DNA of 64,000 nucleotides from an uncultured Desulfovibrionaceae bacterium (GTDB lineage Bacteria; Desulfobacterota; Desulfovibrionia; Desulfovibrionales; Desulfovibrionaceae), in contig CALUZB010000005.1 in NCBI GenBank assembly GCA_944325195.1, positions 24,011 through 88,010 of the forward strand. Reading direction: 5' to 3'. Position numbers and translations under genes: made by a program. The notes under the pieces were generated by a model. The model saw only the letters and a list, made by a program, of their open reading frames with translations. It was not told the origin of the DNA and did not search any database. Positions 39,704-50,653 of this stretch are shown in pieces (within the stretch, counting starts at the first letter, position 1; the number at the start of each line of letters is the position of its first letter).

Positions 39704-39940
39704 TCACAGGAAGTCGGGATCCATGGCGGCCTTGCCCCCGGCGAGCATCAGCTTGACAAACCGCACCGAACGCTCATCCACCGGCATAACCGGAAAGTTC
39801 TTTGAGCAGGAATCACACACGGCCATAGAGGGCCGCCCGGTGGCGAGCAACGGGTTTTTCCGTCCGCAATACGGACAGGCGTAGAAGAAAATCAGTTCCA
39901 CCGCTTCCGGCCGGGCCGGTTCAATGGGTTTACGACGCAT
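39704..39940 (-). CDS. Small Zn-ribbon protein (CPYC...CDSC), function unknown
   Basis: 78 aa. A GGAGG SD lies inside the gpmI 3' end. The start is 2 nt after the gpmI stop. Confidence 0.6.
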   Translation of the reverse strand: MRRKPIEPARPEAVELIFFYACPYCGRKNPLLATGRPSMAVCDSCSKNFPVMPVDERSVRFVKLMLAGGKAAMDPDFL

Positions 39941-39942
39941 GG

Positions 39943-41487
39943 TCAGGCCTCCAAAAGCAGGTTGTCGCCGCGCATTTCCGCTGGAATTTCCAGACCCCAG
40001 GCGGCCAGAATGGTGGGGGCGATGTCGCCCAGCCGCCCTTCCGGCTTGAGGGTGAAACGGCTGTTGCGCTCAATCAGAATAAAGCGCACCGGGTTAAGGG
40101 TGTGCGCGGTCATCGGTTTGCCGTCCGGGTCAAGCAGCTCCTCGGCGTTGCCGTGGTCGGCAGTTAAAAATACCCGGCCGTCCGCGGCCAACACCGCCTC
40201 AACTATCCGGGCCACGCAGCGGTCAACCGCTTCACAGGCTTTGATGGTGGCCGGAATATTCCCGGAATGTCCCACCATATCCAGATTGGCCAGGTTGCAC
40301 ACCACAAATTGGAAACGGCCCGTCCGCCATTCCTCAACCAGCAAGTCAGTCACGGCCGCCGCGCTCATTTCCGGCTTCAAATCATAGGTGGGCACATCTT
40401 TGGGCGAGGCAATCAGGCGTCTTTCCTCACCGGGAAACGCTTCTTCCCGCCCGCCGTTAAAGAAATAGGTCACATGCGCGTATTTTTCCGTTTCCGCAAT
40501 ACGCAACTGCCGCCAACCCAGGCCCGACACCACCTCGCCCAGGCCGTTTTTCAGACTTTCCCGGCCAAAGGCCGCCGGAATATCAAAATCGTCCTCATAA
40601 CGGGTCATGCTGACAAAAGCGGAAAGCAGCGGCGTTCTTTCCCGCTCAAAGCCCTGAAAATCGGGGGTGATGAAGGCGCCGGTCAGTTGGCGGGCCCGGT
40701 CGGCCCGGAAATTGAAGAAGAAGATGCCGTCGCCGTTGTTGACCACAGACGGAGCGGCATCCGCCCGCACATACAGACGCGGCCGCATGAACTCGTCGGT
40801 TTCGCCGGCCTGATAAGCCCGCTCAATTTCGCTCAGGGCGTCGCCCGGCGCAACCCGCTCGCCTTTGCCCAGCACCAGACTGTCCCAGGCGACTTTCACC
40901 CGCTCCCAGCGTTTATCGCGATCCATGGCATAATAGCGCCCACAGACCGAACCGAGCTCGCCCCAACCGATTTCTTCCATAAATACAAGCAGTTGCCGCA
41001 GATATTCCGCGCCGGAAGTGGGCGAGGTGTCGCGCCCGTCCAGAAAAGCATGCACCACAGCCGGAATTCCGGCCGCCTTGGCCGCCTGCAGCAGGGCGAA
41101 CAGGTGGTTGATGTGGCTGTGCACCCCGCCGTCGGACAGCAGTCCCATGAAATGCACTTTGCCTTGGGTTGCGCGGGTTTTGACAAACAGTTCCTGCAGT
41201 GCGGGGTTGGCCTGCAGTTCGTGCTTCTCAATGGCCAGATCAATGCGGGTCATGTCCTGATACACAATCCTCCCGGCCCCGATATTCATGTGCCCTACCT
41301 CCGAATTGCCCATGAACCCGGCGGGCAGCCCCACATCGCGGCCGGAGCAGCGCAACAGCGCGCCCGGATACTTTTGAATGAGCGCGTTGACGCAGGGCAT
41401 TTCCGCCCGGCTCACCGCATTGCCCGGCCCGGGCGCGGCCACGCCCCAGCCATCCAGAATTAACAGCAGGGTTGGTTTATTATCCAT
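39943..41487 (-). CDS. gpmI: 2,3-bisphosphoglycerate-independent phosphoglycerate mutase
   Basis: 514 aa. Sequence: LLILDGWG...GNSEVGHMNIGAGR...TADHGNAE. Confidence 0.96.
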   Translation of the reverse strand: MDNKPTLLLILDGWGVAAPGPGNAVSRAEMPCVNALIQKYPGALLRCSGRDVGLPAGFMGNSEVGHMNIGAGRIVYQDMTRIDLAIEKHELQANPALQELFVKTRATQGKVHFMGLLSDGGVHSHINHLFALLQAAKAAGIPAVVHAFLDGRDTSPTSGAEYLRQLLVFMEEIGWGELGSVCGRYYAMDRDKRWERVKVAWDSLVLGKGERVAPGDALSEIERAYQAGETDEFMRPRLYVRADAAPSVVNNGDGIFFFNFRADRARQLTGAFITPDFQGFERERTPLLSAFVSMTRYEDDFDIPAAFGRESLKNGLGEVVSGLGWRQLRIAETEKYAHVTYFFNGGREEAFPGEERRLIASPKDVPTYDLKPEMSAAAVTDLLVEEWRTGRFQFVVCNLANLDMVGHSGNIPATIKACEAVDRCVARIVEAVLAADGRVFLTADHGNAEELLDPDGKPMTAHTLNPVRFILIERNSRFTLKPEGRLGDIAPTILAAWGLEIPAEMRGDNLLLEA

Positions 41488-41630
41488 AAACGATATCCTT
41501 AAAGAGCAGATTTACACCACAGAAGCGGCAAATACGGTCAGCCTGTGTGCTTAAACTTCCTTCATACGCACCGCCCAAACCCCGCGCGCCTGCAACTGTA
41601 CGCCGCCGTCCGCAGGGCAACCCTCGGTCT

Positions 41631-41999
41631 TCAGTTAAACTCCAGGCGGGGCGCATCGGCCCAAAGCCCTTCCAGATTATACAGCTCGCGGGCGTGCGGC
41701 TGGAAGATATTCACCAGCACGTCATTCAAATCGAGCAGAATCCACTGCCCGGCCTGAAAGCCCTCGTAATGCAGAAATTCGTAACCCGCCGCCTTGGCCT
41801 GCACACGCACATGTTCGGCCAGCCCCCGGGCGTGGCGCACCGAACTTGCGCTTACAATCACAATGCCGTCGGCGTAGGCCTCTTTGCCCCGCAAATCAAT
41901 AATCACCGCTTCCCCGGCCTTTTTATCCTCAAGCCAGGCGCTGATCTGCCTGAGTTTCTCATCCACCGCCACCCCAACGTGTTTTTCAGCGGCATCCAT
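41631..41999 (-). CDS. rsfS: Ribosome silencing factor RsfS (iojap-like)
   Basis: 122 aa. Sequence: DGIVIVSASSVRHARGLAEHV...WILLDLNDVLVNIFQPHARELYNLEGLW. Confidence 0.9.
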   Translation of the reverse strand: MDAAEKHVGVAVDEKLRQISAWLEDKKAGEAVIIDLRGKEAYADGIVIVSASSVRHARGLAEHVRVQAKAAGYEFLHYEGFQAGQWILLDLNDVLVNIFQPHARELYNLEGLWADAPRLEFN

Positions 42000-42345
42000 G
42001 CTGTTGCCTACCCTCCATATTTTATAGCTTGCACAACAAAGATTCTATCATAAATGATTTATGCCCGGGCGGCAACGCATTTTCACTTGACCTGGCCGGA
42101 CGCATGGGGCAAAAGGAGTGGGCGGAGCGGACAAACCGGGCAATCCGACACTGTCGGCGCACTTAAAGCGCGCTAGCCGGGCGTCAGCCCCAAAGGCGCC
42201 GCCGCGACGAACGCCCGGAAGGACGCCGGAATCGCTTCCGCGGATTGGCGGTTGGCGTTTGCGCATTGAAAAACAATGCTTATCATTATACATACAGCAT
42301 CAAAGTCAATTCAATCTATAATATTCAGCCTGAAAGGAGAGCAAA

Positions 42346-42696
42346 ATGCCTTACGATATAAGACTGGTGAAACTGACCGGGGGAGAAATGGTTGTGGGCA
42401 AATACAATGCGGAAAAGGACGCGCTGGAAGATGCGGCCGTGCTGCAAACCCTGCCCAGCGAGCAGGGAGTGCAGATTCTGCTTCTGCCCTACGGTTATCC
42501 CTTTGACCAGAAGTTCGACGGGGAAATCGCCTGGCGGCACGTCATGTTCCAATACAAAAATCTGCCGGAAGACATCAAAGACCGCTACCTGGAAGCCACT
42601 TCCAGCATTACCCTGTCCAGCGGCAATCTCGGCCTGGATCTGAAAAGCGACAGTCCGGCCAATCTCGCCGATATTTCATCGCTGCTGAAGAAGTAA
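42346..42696 (+). CDS. Hypothetical protein
   Basis: 116 aa with a strong SD (AAAGGAGAG). I recognise no domain. Confidence 0.6.
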   Translation: MPYDIRLVKLTGGEMVVGKYNAEKDALEDAAVLQTLPSEQGVQILLLPYGYPFDQKFDGEIAWRHVMFQYKNLPEDIKDRYLEATSSITLSSGNLGLDLKSDSPANLADISSLLKK

Positions 42697-43053
42697 CTCG
42701 CTTTGCAGTGTTTCCTGTTCCGGGACGGGCGACCTGACCCGGAACAGGCGCGGGTGCGGGCGCAAGCGGTGTAATTGCGGAAAAACAGCTCCGCCGGGAG
42801 CGGTTTGACCCACGCTTACGCTTCAGTCGCCTGTTCAAACGACAAGTATCGACAGGCCGCGGCAGACCGCTCCGGCTCAAGCTCGGGCGACAGTACCGCT
42901 CCGGACGACACGCCCGGCAACCGGTTGCGGCAAGGATCTGAATACAGAGCCCCCAAGCGGTTCATCCCGGCTGTCCGCTGCTGCCCGTCGCCACACATTC
43001 ACGGCGTTAATCCTCAACCCCCGGCTTGCGCGCAAGCCCTAAAGCAAATTGAA

Positions 43054-45876
43054 ATGCGTCACCTGCTGCCCATATTGCCCCGCCCCAGCCGTTACCTGGG
43101 CATAGAAGAGGGCTCGGTTCATAAATCCCCGGAAGCAAGCGCCCTGCACATCGCCCTGGCCTTTCCCGATTTATATGAAGTGGCCATGTCATATCTGGGG
43201 CAAAAGATCCTATATGACCTGATCAACCAACGCCCCAACTGGTACGCTGAGCGGGTGTTCTGCCCCTGTCGGGACGCCGCCGCCCTGTTGCGCGAACACG
43301 GCGTGCCCCTGGCCAGCCTGGAAAGCGACACCCCGCTCGGCCGGTTTGACGCAATCGGGTTCAGCGTGACCCATGAGCTGTGCTACACCAACATTCTGTT
43401 GATGCTGGACCTGGCCGGCATTCCGCTGCGCGCGGAGCAGCGCAACGAAAACCACCCCTTGATTCTGGCCGGGGGCGGCTGTACTGTGGCCTGCGAGCCC
43501 ATTGCCCCGTTCATGGATCTGATGATTCTGGGCGAGGGGGAAGAGTGCGCGCTGCAACTGTTTTCTCTGCTGGAGCAGGCCGGACAGGCCGCCTGGCCGC
43601 GCCGCCGCCTGCTGGCGGAAGCGGTGCGGATTCCCGGGGTATATGTCCCGCAACTGCAAGGCCCGGACGGCCTGGCCGCAAACGCCCCCCGCCCCACCCG
43701 TCAGATTGTGCCCGTGCTTGACGCCGCCCCCTACCCGGAAAATCAGGTAGTGCCGTTTGGAGCGGTGCACAACCGGCTGGCTTTGGAAATCGCGCGCGGC
43801 TGCACCCGCGGTTGCCGCTTCTGTCAGGCCGGCATGATTTACCGCCCGGCCCGCGAGCGCAGCGTTGCCGCGCTCACCCGCCTGACTGAGGCCTGCCTCA
43901 ACGCCACGGGTTACGACGACTTATCCTTTCTCTCCCTTTCCACCGGCGACTTCTCCGCCCTGAAAACCCTGTTCCTGCAAACCAGCGAGCGCTGCGCCCG
44001 CGAACAGGTTTCGGTATCGCTCCCGTCCCTGCGGGTGGGCTCGCTTGACAGTGAAATCATGAGCCGCATGGCCGGTATCCGGCGCACCGGAGCCACTCTC
44101 GCCCCGGAAGCGGGCAGCCAGCGCCTGCGCGACGTAATCAATAAGGGTATTACGGAAGAAGCAATCCTGACCCATGCCCGCAAGCTGTTCGAGCACGGCT
44201 GGCAACAAATCAAACTCTATTTCATGCTCGGTCTGCCCACCGAAACCGACGCCGACCTGGACGCGGCCGTTGAGCTTTGCCGGAAAGTGCGCGACGCCGC
44301 CGGTAAAGGCACGCAGCGCCTGCAGGTGACCGCCGCATTTTCCACCTTTGTGCCCAAGGCCCACACCCCCTTCCAATGGGAAGGCCAGATTCCGCTTTCA
44401 GAAATAGAGCGCCGGATTTCCTACCTGCTGGAGCGGTTCAAAGCGGAAAAACACCTGAAAATGCGCTGGCATGAGCCGAAAATGAGCTTTCTGGAGGGCA
44501 TAATGTCGCGCGGCGACCGCAAACTGGCGGCAGTGGTGGAAACGGCTTATCGAAAAGGCGACATCTTCACCGCCTGGCTCGATGAATTTTCCCTTGACCC
44601 CTGGCTGGCCGCTCTGGCTGAGCACGGGCTTGACCCGGCGGAGTACACCGGCCCGCGCAACCCGAACAGCCCCCTGCCCTGGGAGCATATTCAAAACGGA
44701 GTGAGCCGGGAATTTCTGCTGAGGGAGCGCGCCAAGGCCTTTGCCGGGCAAACCAGTCCGGATTGCCGCTACGCCGCCTGTCAGGCCTGCGGCGCCTGTG
44801 ACCGCCCCGGCGCACCCTCGTTGCTTCACCCCCAAGCCGCTTCCGGTGATACGGGTGGACAGGAAACACTCGGGGCTGATTGGGCTCACAAAACGGACAG
44901 AACCGCTGGAGCGGGTAAAGCGGCCGGAACTCTCATCATCAACCGCCTGAACTTTACGGAGCGCGACCAGCGGGAAGACCCGGCCGGAGAGCTTGCACCG
45001 GTTGCATCGTCCCCGTCGCCCAAGCAGTCCCCAGCCGGTGCGGACGCGCAGGATCGGTTCGCCCCCACGCCGGACGCTCCAAACGCGCCCGCTTCCAGCG
45101 CTTCCGCGCTCAACGCGGCTCAACGCCCCGCGCCCGCGCTCAATCCTGCGCCCACAAGCAGCGTCACCACACCGCCGCGCAAACCGCACAAGAACCACCC
45201 GCCGGCCATTGCCGCCGCGCTGGCCCATAAAGAGGCCATTTACCGCATCTGGTACAGCAAAACCGGGGCCGCGGTTTACTTAAGCCAGCTTGAGCTGCAA
45301 CCGGTCATGGAGCGGGCCCTGCGCCGGGCCGCCCTGCCCCTGTCGTTTTCACAGGGATTTCACCCGCTGCCGCTGCTCACCTTCGGCCGGGCCCTGCCTG
45401 TGGGCGTGGAAAGCCGCTGCGAATGGTTCGCCATTACTTTGAGCGAGCGCCGCGATGTCCACAGCTTGCGCAAAAGTATCGGCAAAAGCCTGCCCAAAGG
45501 CCTGGAAATCCTGTATATTGAGGAATTACCCGTGCAGCGCAATCTGCCGCAGGCGGTGAGCGAAAACTATCTGCTCACCCTGACCCCGGAAAGTCGGCTT
45601 GAATGGGAGCGGTTCGCCGCTGACTGGCGCGGGTTTGAGCAGGCGAAAACGCGCATCTGGACCAGAGAGACTAAAAAAGGCCCCAGAACGGCTGATTTGC
45701 GCGGCTTTTTCCGCAAAATCAGCGTTGGAGACAGGCAGATTGAACTGAGTTTTGATTGGCACGAGAAATATGTATCACCGCTCACCCTTTGCCTGGCCGC
45801 AATTCCCGCGGCGGACATTCTGGATCTGAAGCTGGTCAAAATCTCACAGGAGCTGGATTTTCCCGGTCATAGCTAA
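43054..45876 (+). CDS. Fused radical-SAM protein (B12-binding-like N-domain + rSAM core, TIGR03960-like) joined to a DUF2344/TIGR03936-like domain by a P/A-rich linker
   Basis: The start is preferred at MRHLLPILPRPSRYLGIEEGS. The rSAM Cys triad is GCTRGCRFCQAGM. The C-terminal module begins IWYSKTGAAVYLSQLEL. Confidence 0.8.
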   Translation: MRHLLPILPRPSRYLGIEEGSVHKSPEASALHIALAFPDLYEVAMSYLGQKILYDLINQRPNWYAERVFCPCRDAAALLREHGVPLASLESDTPLGRFDAIGFSVTHELCYTNILLMLDLAGIPLRAEQRNENHPLILAGGGCTVACEPIAPFMDLMILGEGEECALQLFSLLEQAGQAAWPRRRLLAEAVRIPGVYVPQLQGPDGLAANAPRPTRQIVPVLDAAPYPENQVVPFGAVHNRLALEIARGCTRGCRFCQAGMIYRPARERSVAALTRLTEACLNATGYDDLSFLSLSTGDFSALKTLFLQTSERCAREQVSVSLPSLRVGSLDSEIMSRMAGIRRTGATLAPEAGSQRLRDVINKGITEEAILTHARKLFEHGWQQIKLYFMLGLPTETDADLDAAVELCRKVRDAAGKGTQRLQVTAAFSTFVPKAHTPFQWEGQIPLSEIERRISYLLERFKAEKHLKMRWHEPKMSFLEGIMSRGDRKLAAVVETAYRKGDIFTAWLDEFSLDPWLAALAEHGLDPAEYTGPRNPNSPLPWEHIQNGVSREFLLRERAKAFAGQTSPDCRYAACQACGACDRPGAPSLLHPQAASGDTGGQETLGADWAHKTDRTAGAGKAAGTLIINRLNFTERDQREDPAGELAPVASSPSPKQSPAGADAQDRFAPTPDAPNAPASSASALNAAQRPAPALNPAPTSSVTTPPRKPHKNHPPAIAAALAHKEAIYRIWYSKTGAAVYLSQLELQPVMERALRRAALPLSFSQGFHPLPLLTFGRALPVGVESRCEWFAITLSERRDVHSLRKSIGKSLPKGLEILYIEELPVQRNLPQAVSENYLLTLTPESRLEWERFAADWRGFEQAKTRIWTRETKKGPRTADLRGFFRKISVGDRQIELSFDWHEKYVSPLTLCLAAIPAADILDLKLVKISQELDFPGHS

Positions 45877-45927
45877 TATAATGATGTTGCGATAATCTCC
45901 AGCGCAAAATGCTTATAAGGATACGCC

Positions 45928-48789
45928 ATGTTGAAATATCTTCATCATATTACAGGAGCATTGGTCATGTCTTTGATTTTCCTGCTCAACCCTCAGGTTG
46001 CGCCCGCCCAGTCCGCGGCGAATGTCCCGGCCGCGTCCGGGCAGACGGCGCCGGAACAGGACGCCGCCCATGTCGGCGCCGGGAACGCCACGCCCGCCCC
46101 GGACGCAACCGCCGACAGGCAACCGGGAGAGCTTTATCATCTGCCCAACTCACTGCCGGTGTTGATCATTCAGGACGAACGCTTTCCGCTGGCCTCAATC
46201 CGGCTGTACGCCCACGCCGGTTCCGCCTATGAAACGGACGAACAGGCCGGGATCAGTCACCTGCTCGAACACATGGTGTTCAAAGGCACTCCCACCCGGC
46301 CCAAGGGGCAGATCTCCAAGGAAGTTGAACACCTGGGCGGCTACCTGAACGCCGCCACCAGCTACGATTACACGGTGTATATTGTGGATCTGCCTTCCTC
46401 TCATTGGGCGCAGGGCCTTGAGATTATTCATGATATGGTGTTTAACGCCAGCATCGATCCGGACGAACTGGAAAGCGAAAAGAAGGTGGTAATCTCTGAG
46501 CTGGAGCGCAATGAAGACAACCCGTCCAACTACCTCTTCCAGCAAATCACCAAACGCGCCCTGGCCGGCACCCCTTACGAGCGTCCGATTATCGGTTTTC
46601 GCGAAACCGTGTCGGCCATTACCCGCGACGACATCAAGAATTACATCTCCACCTGGTACCAGCCCCAAACCATGCTGCTGGTGGTCTGCGGCAACGTCCG
46701 GCCGCAAGCGGTGCTGGCGGAAGCGGAGAAGCTGTTCGGCGCGCTTAAAAACAGCGGCGTGGTCTCGCCCCGTACCCCGCTCGTCCCGGCCGCCCTGCGC
46801 CAGACTGCGCTGAGCTTGGAGCCCCGGCAAGACGGCGCGGCGGACAACAGCGCTCCGGCCGCGGAACAGCAGACCGGGGAAACTCCGGCCGCAAAAACCC
46901 GGGCAACTGCTTCCACTCCCGCCCGGAACGTCCCGGCCCCCACGGTGCTGCTGGAAAGCCGCCCTCTGAACAAGATCTATTTCAACGCGGCCTTCCCCGT
47001 ACCCGGCTATCTCTCCGATCAGGATCCCACTCTGGAGCTGCTTGCCGCCCTTTTGGGCGGCGACCGCACCTCACTGCTTTACCGCACCCTCAAATATGAG
47101 AAGCAGTTGGTGGACGATATTTCCGTGGGCTACTACAATTTTGAGCGGATCGGGCTGATTTACTTCAGCGCCCTGGTCGATGCGGACAAATTCAACGCCT
47201 TCTGGCAGGAATTTTCCCGCACTCTGCCCAAAATCAGTGCGGCCGACTTCACGGTGGAAGAGCTGGCCCGGGCCAAACTGAACATTGAAGACGGCCTGTT
47301 CAGAAGCAAGGAAACCGTTTCCGGTCTGGCCTCCAAAGCGGGCTACTTCTTCATGCAGACCGGATCGCTTACCGCCGAGCGCGACTATTTGAACAACCTG
47401 CGCAACGTCAGTCTGGAAGATATCGGCAAGGCGATTAAGCTGTGGTTCCGGCCGGAAGCCCTGACTCTGGCCGTCCTGACCCCGGAAGATTTCGCCGCTC
47501 CGGACCTGAAAACCGATCTGCTCCAGGCCTGGCCCCCGGCCGCTCAATCCAGGCCAAGCAGCGCGGCCGCGGAAGCAGGCGATATGGAAACCATTGAAAT
47601 CGGGCCGGGCCAGAAGCTGATTTTAATCCCCGACCACACCCTGCCCTACATTTCCCTGAACTTGGCGTTCAGCGGCGGCGATTTGCTGATCAACGCCGAT
47701 GAGCAGGGGTTGAACGATCTGGCCGCCGCCACCCTGACCCAAGGCGCCGGTGCACTGACCGCCCCGGAACTGGAAGTTTACCTTTCTGAGCGGGCCGCCG
47801 GGCTTTCCGCCGCGGCCGGGAAAAAGACCTTCAACATCGACAGCAGTTTTCCTGCCCGGTTCAAGAACGACATGTTCGAGCTGATCCGCACCACCCTTAC
47901 CGCGCCCGCGTTTGCCCCGGAAGAGGTGGAGCGGGAAAAATCCAGCCAGATTGCGGCAATTAAAGCGCGGGAAGACCAGCCGCTGGGCCTGGCCTTCCGC
48001 CGCCTGATGCCCTTCCTGTTCCCCGCGCAGATGCAAGGTTATTACCGCATGGGCACGCCGGAACAGGTTGCGGGCTACACTCCGGAACAAGTGCGGGCTT
48101 ACTGGAACAGGCAGTTGCAACAACCTTGGGTGCTGGCGGTGTGCGGGGACTTTGACCGCGACGAGATCATCGCCTTTGCCGAAAGCCTGCCCAAACCGCC
48201 GGACGCGGCCCCGGTCATGCCCGCCCCGCAATGGACGGCGGACCGGCAGTTGAACCTGCACATGCCCGGGCGCAACCAGTCGCATCTGCTGGTGGTGTTT
48301 AAAACCGTGGGCTCAAAAGACCCGGACAACCCCAAACTCGATCTGCTCAACACCTATCTGTCCGGCATGGGCGGCTTGCTGTTTACCGAGCTGCGCGACA
48401 AGCAGGGCCTGGGCTACACAGTCACTTCCATTAAATGGCAGTCGGAAGAAACCGGGTTGTTGGCCTTTTACATCGGCACTGAACCCGATAAGACCGAAAC
48501 AGCCCTTGACGGATTTAAAAAAATCATTCATCAACTTCAAACCCGGCCGTTGAGCCCGGCGGAACTGCAGGGCGCGGTCAATCAGATGGAAGGGGAATAC
48601 TACCGCAATCACCAAAGCCTGGGCAGTCGGGCCGCGGAAGCAGCCGGGCTGGCGGTTCTGGATTACCCGCTCGATTACAGCCTGAACAACATCCGACAGG
48701 CCCGGGCGGTTACTCCGGCGGAAATTCAGGATTTGGCGAAAAAGTATCTGAATTGGGACGACGCCTACATCATCAGGGTGGACCCGTAA
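45928..48789 (+). CDS. M16-family (pitrilysin/insulinase-like) zinc peptidase, double-length, secreted
   Basis: 953 aa with a signal peptide. It has the HxxEH motif (HLLEHMVFKGT) and two M16 active/inactive unit pairs. Confidence 0.88.
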   Translation: MLKYLHHITGALVMSLIFLLNPQVAPAQSAANVPAASGQTAPEQDAAHVGAGNATPAPDATADRQPGELYHLPNSLPVLIIQDERFPLASIRLYAHAGSAYETDEQAGISHLLEHMVFKGTPTRPKGQISKEVEHLGGYLNAATSYDYTVYIVDLPSSHWAQGLEIIHDMVFNASIDPDELESEKKVVISELERNEDNPSNYLFQQITKRALAGTPYERPIIGFRETVSAITRDDIKNYISTWYQPQTMLLVVCGNVRPQAVLAEAEKLFGALKNSGVVSPRTPLVPAALRQTALSLEPRQDGAADNSAPAAEQQTGETPAAKTRATASTPARNVPAPTVLLESRPLNKIYFNAAFPVPGYLSDQDPTLELLAALLGGDRTSLLYRTLKYEKQLVDDISVGYYNFERIGLIYFSALVDADKFNAFWQEFSRTLPKISAADFTVEELARAKLNIEDGLFRSKETVSGLASKAGYFFMQTGSLTAERDYLNNLRNVSLEDIGKAIKLWFRPEALTLAVLTPEDFAAPDLKTDLLQAWPPAAQSRPSSAAAEAGDMETIEIGPGQKLILIPDHTLPYISLNLAFSGGDLLINADEQGLNDLAAATLTQGAGALTAPELEVYLSERAAGLSAAAGKKTFNIDSSFPARFKNDMFELIRTTLTAPAFAPEEVEREKSSQIAAIKAREDQPLGLAFRRLMPFLFPAQMQGYYRMGTPEQVAGYTPEQVRAYWNRQLQQPWVLAVCGDFDRDEIIAFAESLPKPPDAAPVMPAPQWTADRQLNLHMPGRNQSHLLVVFKTVGSKDPDNPKLDLLNTYLSGMGGLLFTELRDKQGLGYTVTSIKWQSEETGLLAFYIGTEPDKTETALDGFKKIIHQLQTRPLSPAELQGAVNQMEGEYYRNHQSLGSRAAEAAGLAVLDYPLDYSLNNIRQARAVTPAEIQDLAKKYLNWDDAYIIRVDP

Positions 48790-48999
48790 ACAACGGCGGG
48801 CCTCGGCTTTTCAGAGACTATGCGGGAAATGCACTCTGAAAAGCCCTGCCCGCGCTTGCGTCCGGAGCGGGTGGATTTTCCCGGCGGCAACCGGCGTGGG
48901 CTCTTTTTCGCGGCGGAAAACCCGGAACCATAAGTCCCTGAAGGCGGCTAAGCCTACTTTCAGCTTTAAAGAACGTGAAATTCAAGGAGCAGTTCAATC

Positions 49000-50100
49000 A
49001 TGGCACTTTCCATCGGCATTGTAGGCCTGCCCAACGTGGGCAAATCAACTCTGTTCAACGCCCTGACCAAAGCCCAGAACGCTCAGGCCGCGAACTTTCC
49101 GTTCTGCACCATTGAGCCGAACAAGGCCACCGTGCCGGTTCCGGACGCGCGCCTGGCTCCTCTGGAGAAAATCGCCCGGCCGCAACGGGTAATTCAGGCC
49201 ACTGTGGACTTCATCGACATTGCCGGGCTGGTGCGCGGCGCCAGCAAGGGAGAGGGTCTGGGCAATCAGTTTCTGGCCAATATCCGCGAATGCGCGGCCA
49301 TAGTGGAAGTAGTGCGCTGCTTTGAAGATGACAACATCACCCATGTGGACGGCGGCGTTGACCCCTTGCGCGACATTGAAACCATTGAAACAGAGCTGCT
49401 GCTGGCCGATATTCAGACCCTGGAGCGGCGCATAGAGCGCGCTTCCCGCATGGCCAAGGGCAGTAAGGAAATGGCGGCCCTGACCGCTGATCTGGAGAAA
49501 CTGCTGGTCCACCTGAACAGCGGCAAGCCCGCGTCCGGTTTTGCCTGGCCCGATAACGAGCTCATGCTCCAAACCCGGCGCGAGCTGGGCCTGCTTACCG
49601 ATAAAAAGATCATTTACTGTGCCAATGTCGATGAAAACGGACTGGGCAGCCCCAATAAACACCTGGAAAGCGTGCGGCAATACGCCGCCGCGAAAAACGC
49701 GGAAACCGTGGTGATCTGCGCCCGCCTGGAAGAAGAGCTGCAAGGCCTTTCCGAGTCGGAACAGTTGGAAATGCTGGCCTCATACGGGGCTGACGAAGAC
49801 GGCCTTTCCCAGATTATCCACACCGGCTACAGAACCCTGGGCCTGTTGAGCTATTTCACCGTGGGCGAAAAGGAAGTGCGGGCCTGGACCATTGAAAACG
49901 GCTGGAAAGCGCCCCAGGCCGCCGGGGTGATTCACACCGATTTCGAGCGCGGCTTTATCCGGGCGGAAGTGATCGGCTACAACGATTTCATCAAGTGCGG
50001 CTCAGAGGCGGCCTGCCGCTCCGCCGGACTGCTGCGGGTTGAGGGCAAGGAATATGTAGTGCAGGACGGCGATATCGTGCACTTCCTGTTCAATGTTTAG
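49000..50100 (+). CDS. ychF: Redox-regulated ribosome-binding ATPase YchF
   Basis: 366 aa. Sequence: [18 protein letters not shown]...FPFCTIEPN...TGD/TGS C-terminal ([11 protein letters not shown]). Confidence 0.96.
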   Translation: MALSIGIVGLPNVGKSTLFNALTKAQNAQAANFPFCTIEPNKATVPVPDARLAPLEKIARPQRVIQATVDFIDIAGLVRGASKGEGLGNQFLANIRECAAIVEVVRCFEDDNITHVDGGVDPLRDIETIETELLLADIQTLERRIERASRMAKGSKEMAALTADLEKLLVHLNSGKPASGFAWPDNELMLQTRRELGLLTDKKIIYCANVDENGLGSPNKHLESVRQYAAAKNAETVVICARLEEELQGLSESEQLEMLASYGADEDGLSQIIHTGYRTLGLLSYFTVGEKEVRAWTIENGWKAPQAAGVIHTDFERGFIRAEVIGYNDFIKCGSEAACRSAGLLRVEGKEYVVQDGDIVHFLFNV

Positions 50101-50480
50101 ACGCCCTGTCTGAAGGCCGCCCCCCTCGGTACAGCGGCGGCTCCGGCCTTCAGGTTCCGGCTTATCAAAAGGCTGTGCAGCAGGAAATGATTAATCGGGT
50201 ATTCTGCCTGTAACCAGGCTCCTCCAGGTTAATCGGTAAATTTAACATCGTGCTTCCCGGTACACAGCCTATCAGAAACAGAGGGTACAGGCGGGCAGCC
50301 CGATTGCAGTGGGAGCAGTTTCAAACAGGCAGGCGGGCGCGTCCCTGCAGCGTCGGAGCACTCTCCCGCCCAGAGCGGATTGACTGTCAAGGTCAATTTG
50401 CCCCGGCATCTGCACAGGCAGACGCCCTCGCTGTAAGCAAGCGGAAAAACCGCGTTTTTCACCAAACAAAAGGCCGCCAA

Positions 50481-50508
50481 GATAGATAGATAGATAGATA
50501 GATAGATA
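50481..50508. repeat. Tetranucleotide microsatellite (GATA)7 followed by an AGTC-rich degenerate tract
   Basis: gatagatagatagatagatagatagata, then ttagtcagtcagatagttagtcag. Confidence 0.95.
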
Positions 50509-50653
50509 TTAGTCAGTCAGATAGTTAGTCAGCGGTTGAAAGTTCAACATTCCAAGCTGAAAATGTTCCGGGCTGAGCGCTCTTAAGTTCCACCCGGAGC
50601 GGTTGTCAACCGGAAGGGCGGCCCCGCCGGGGCCGCCCTCAAACTCAAACTAT

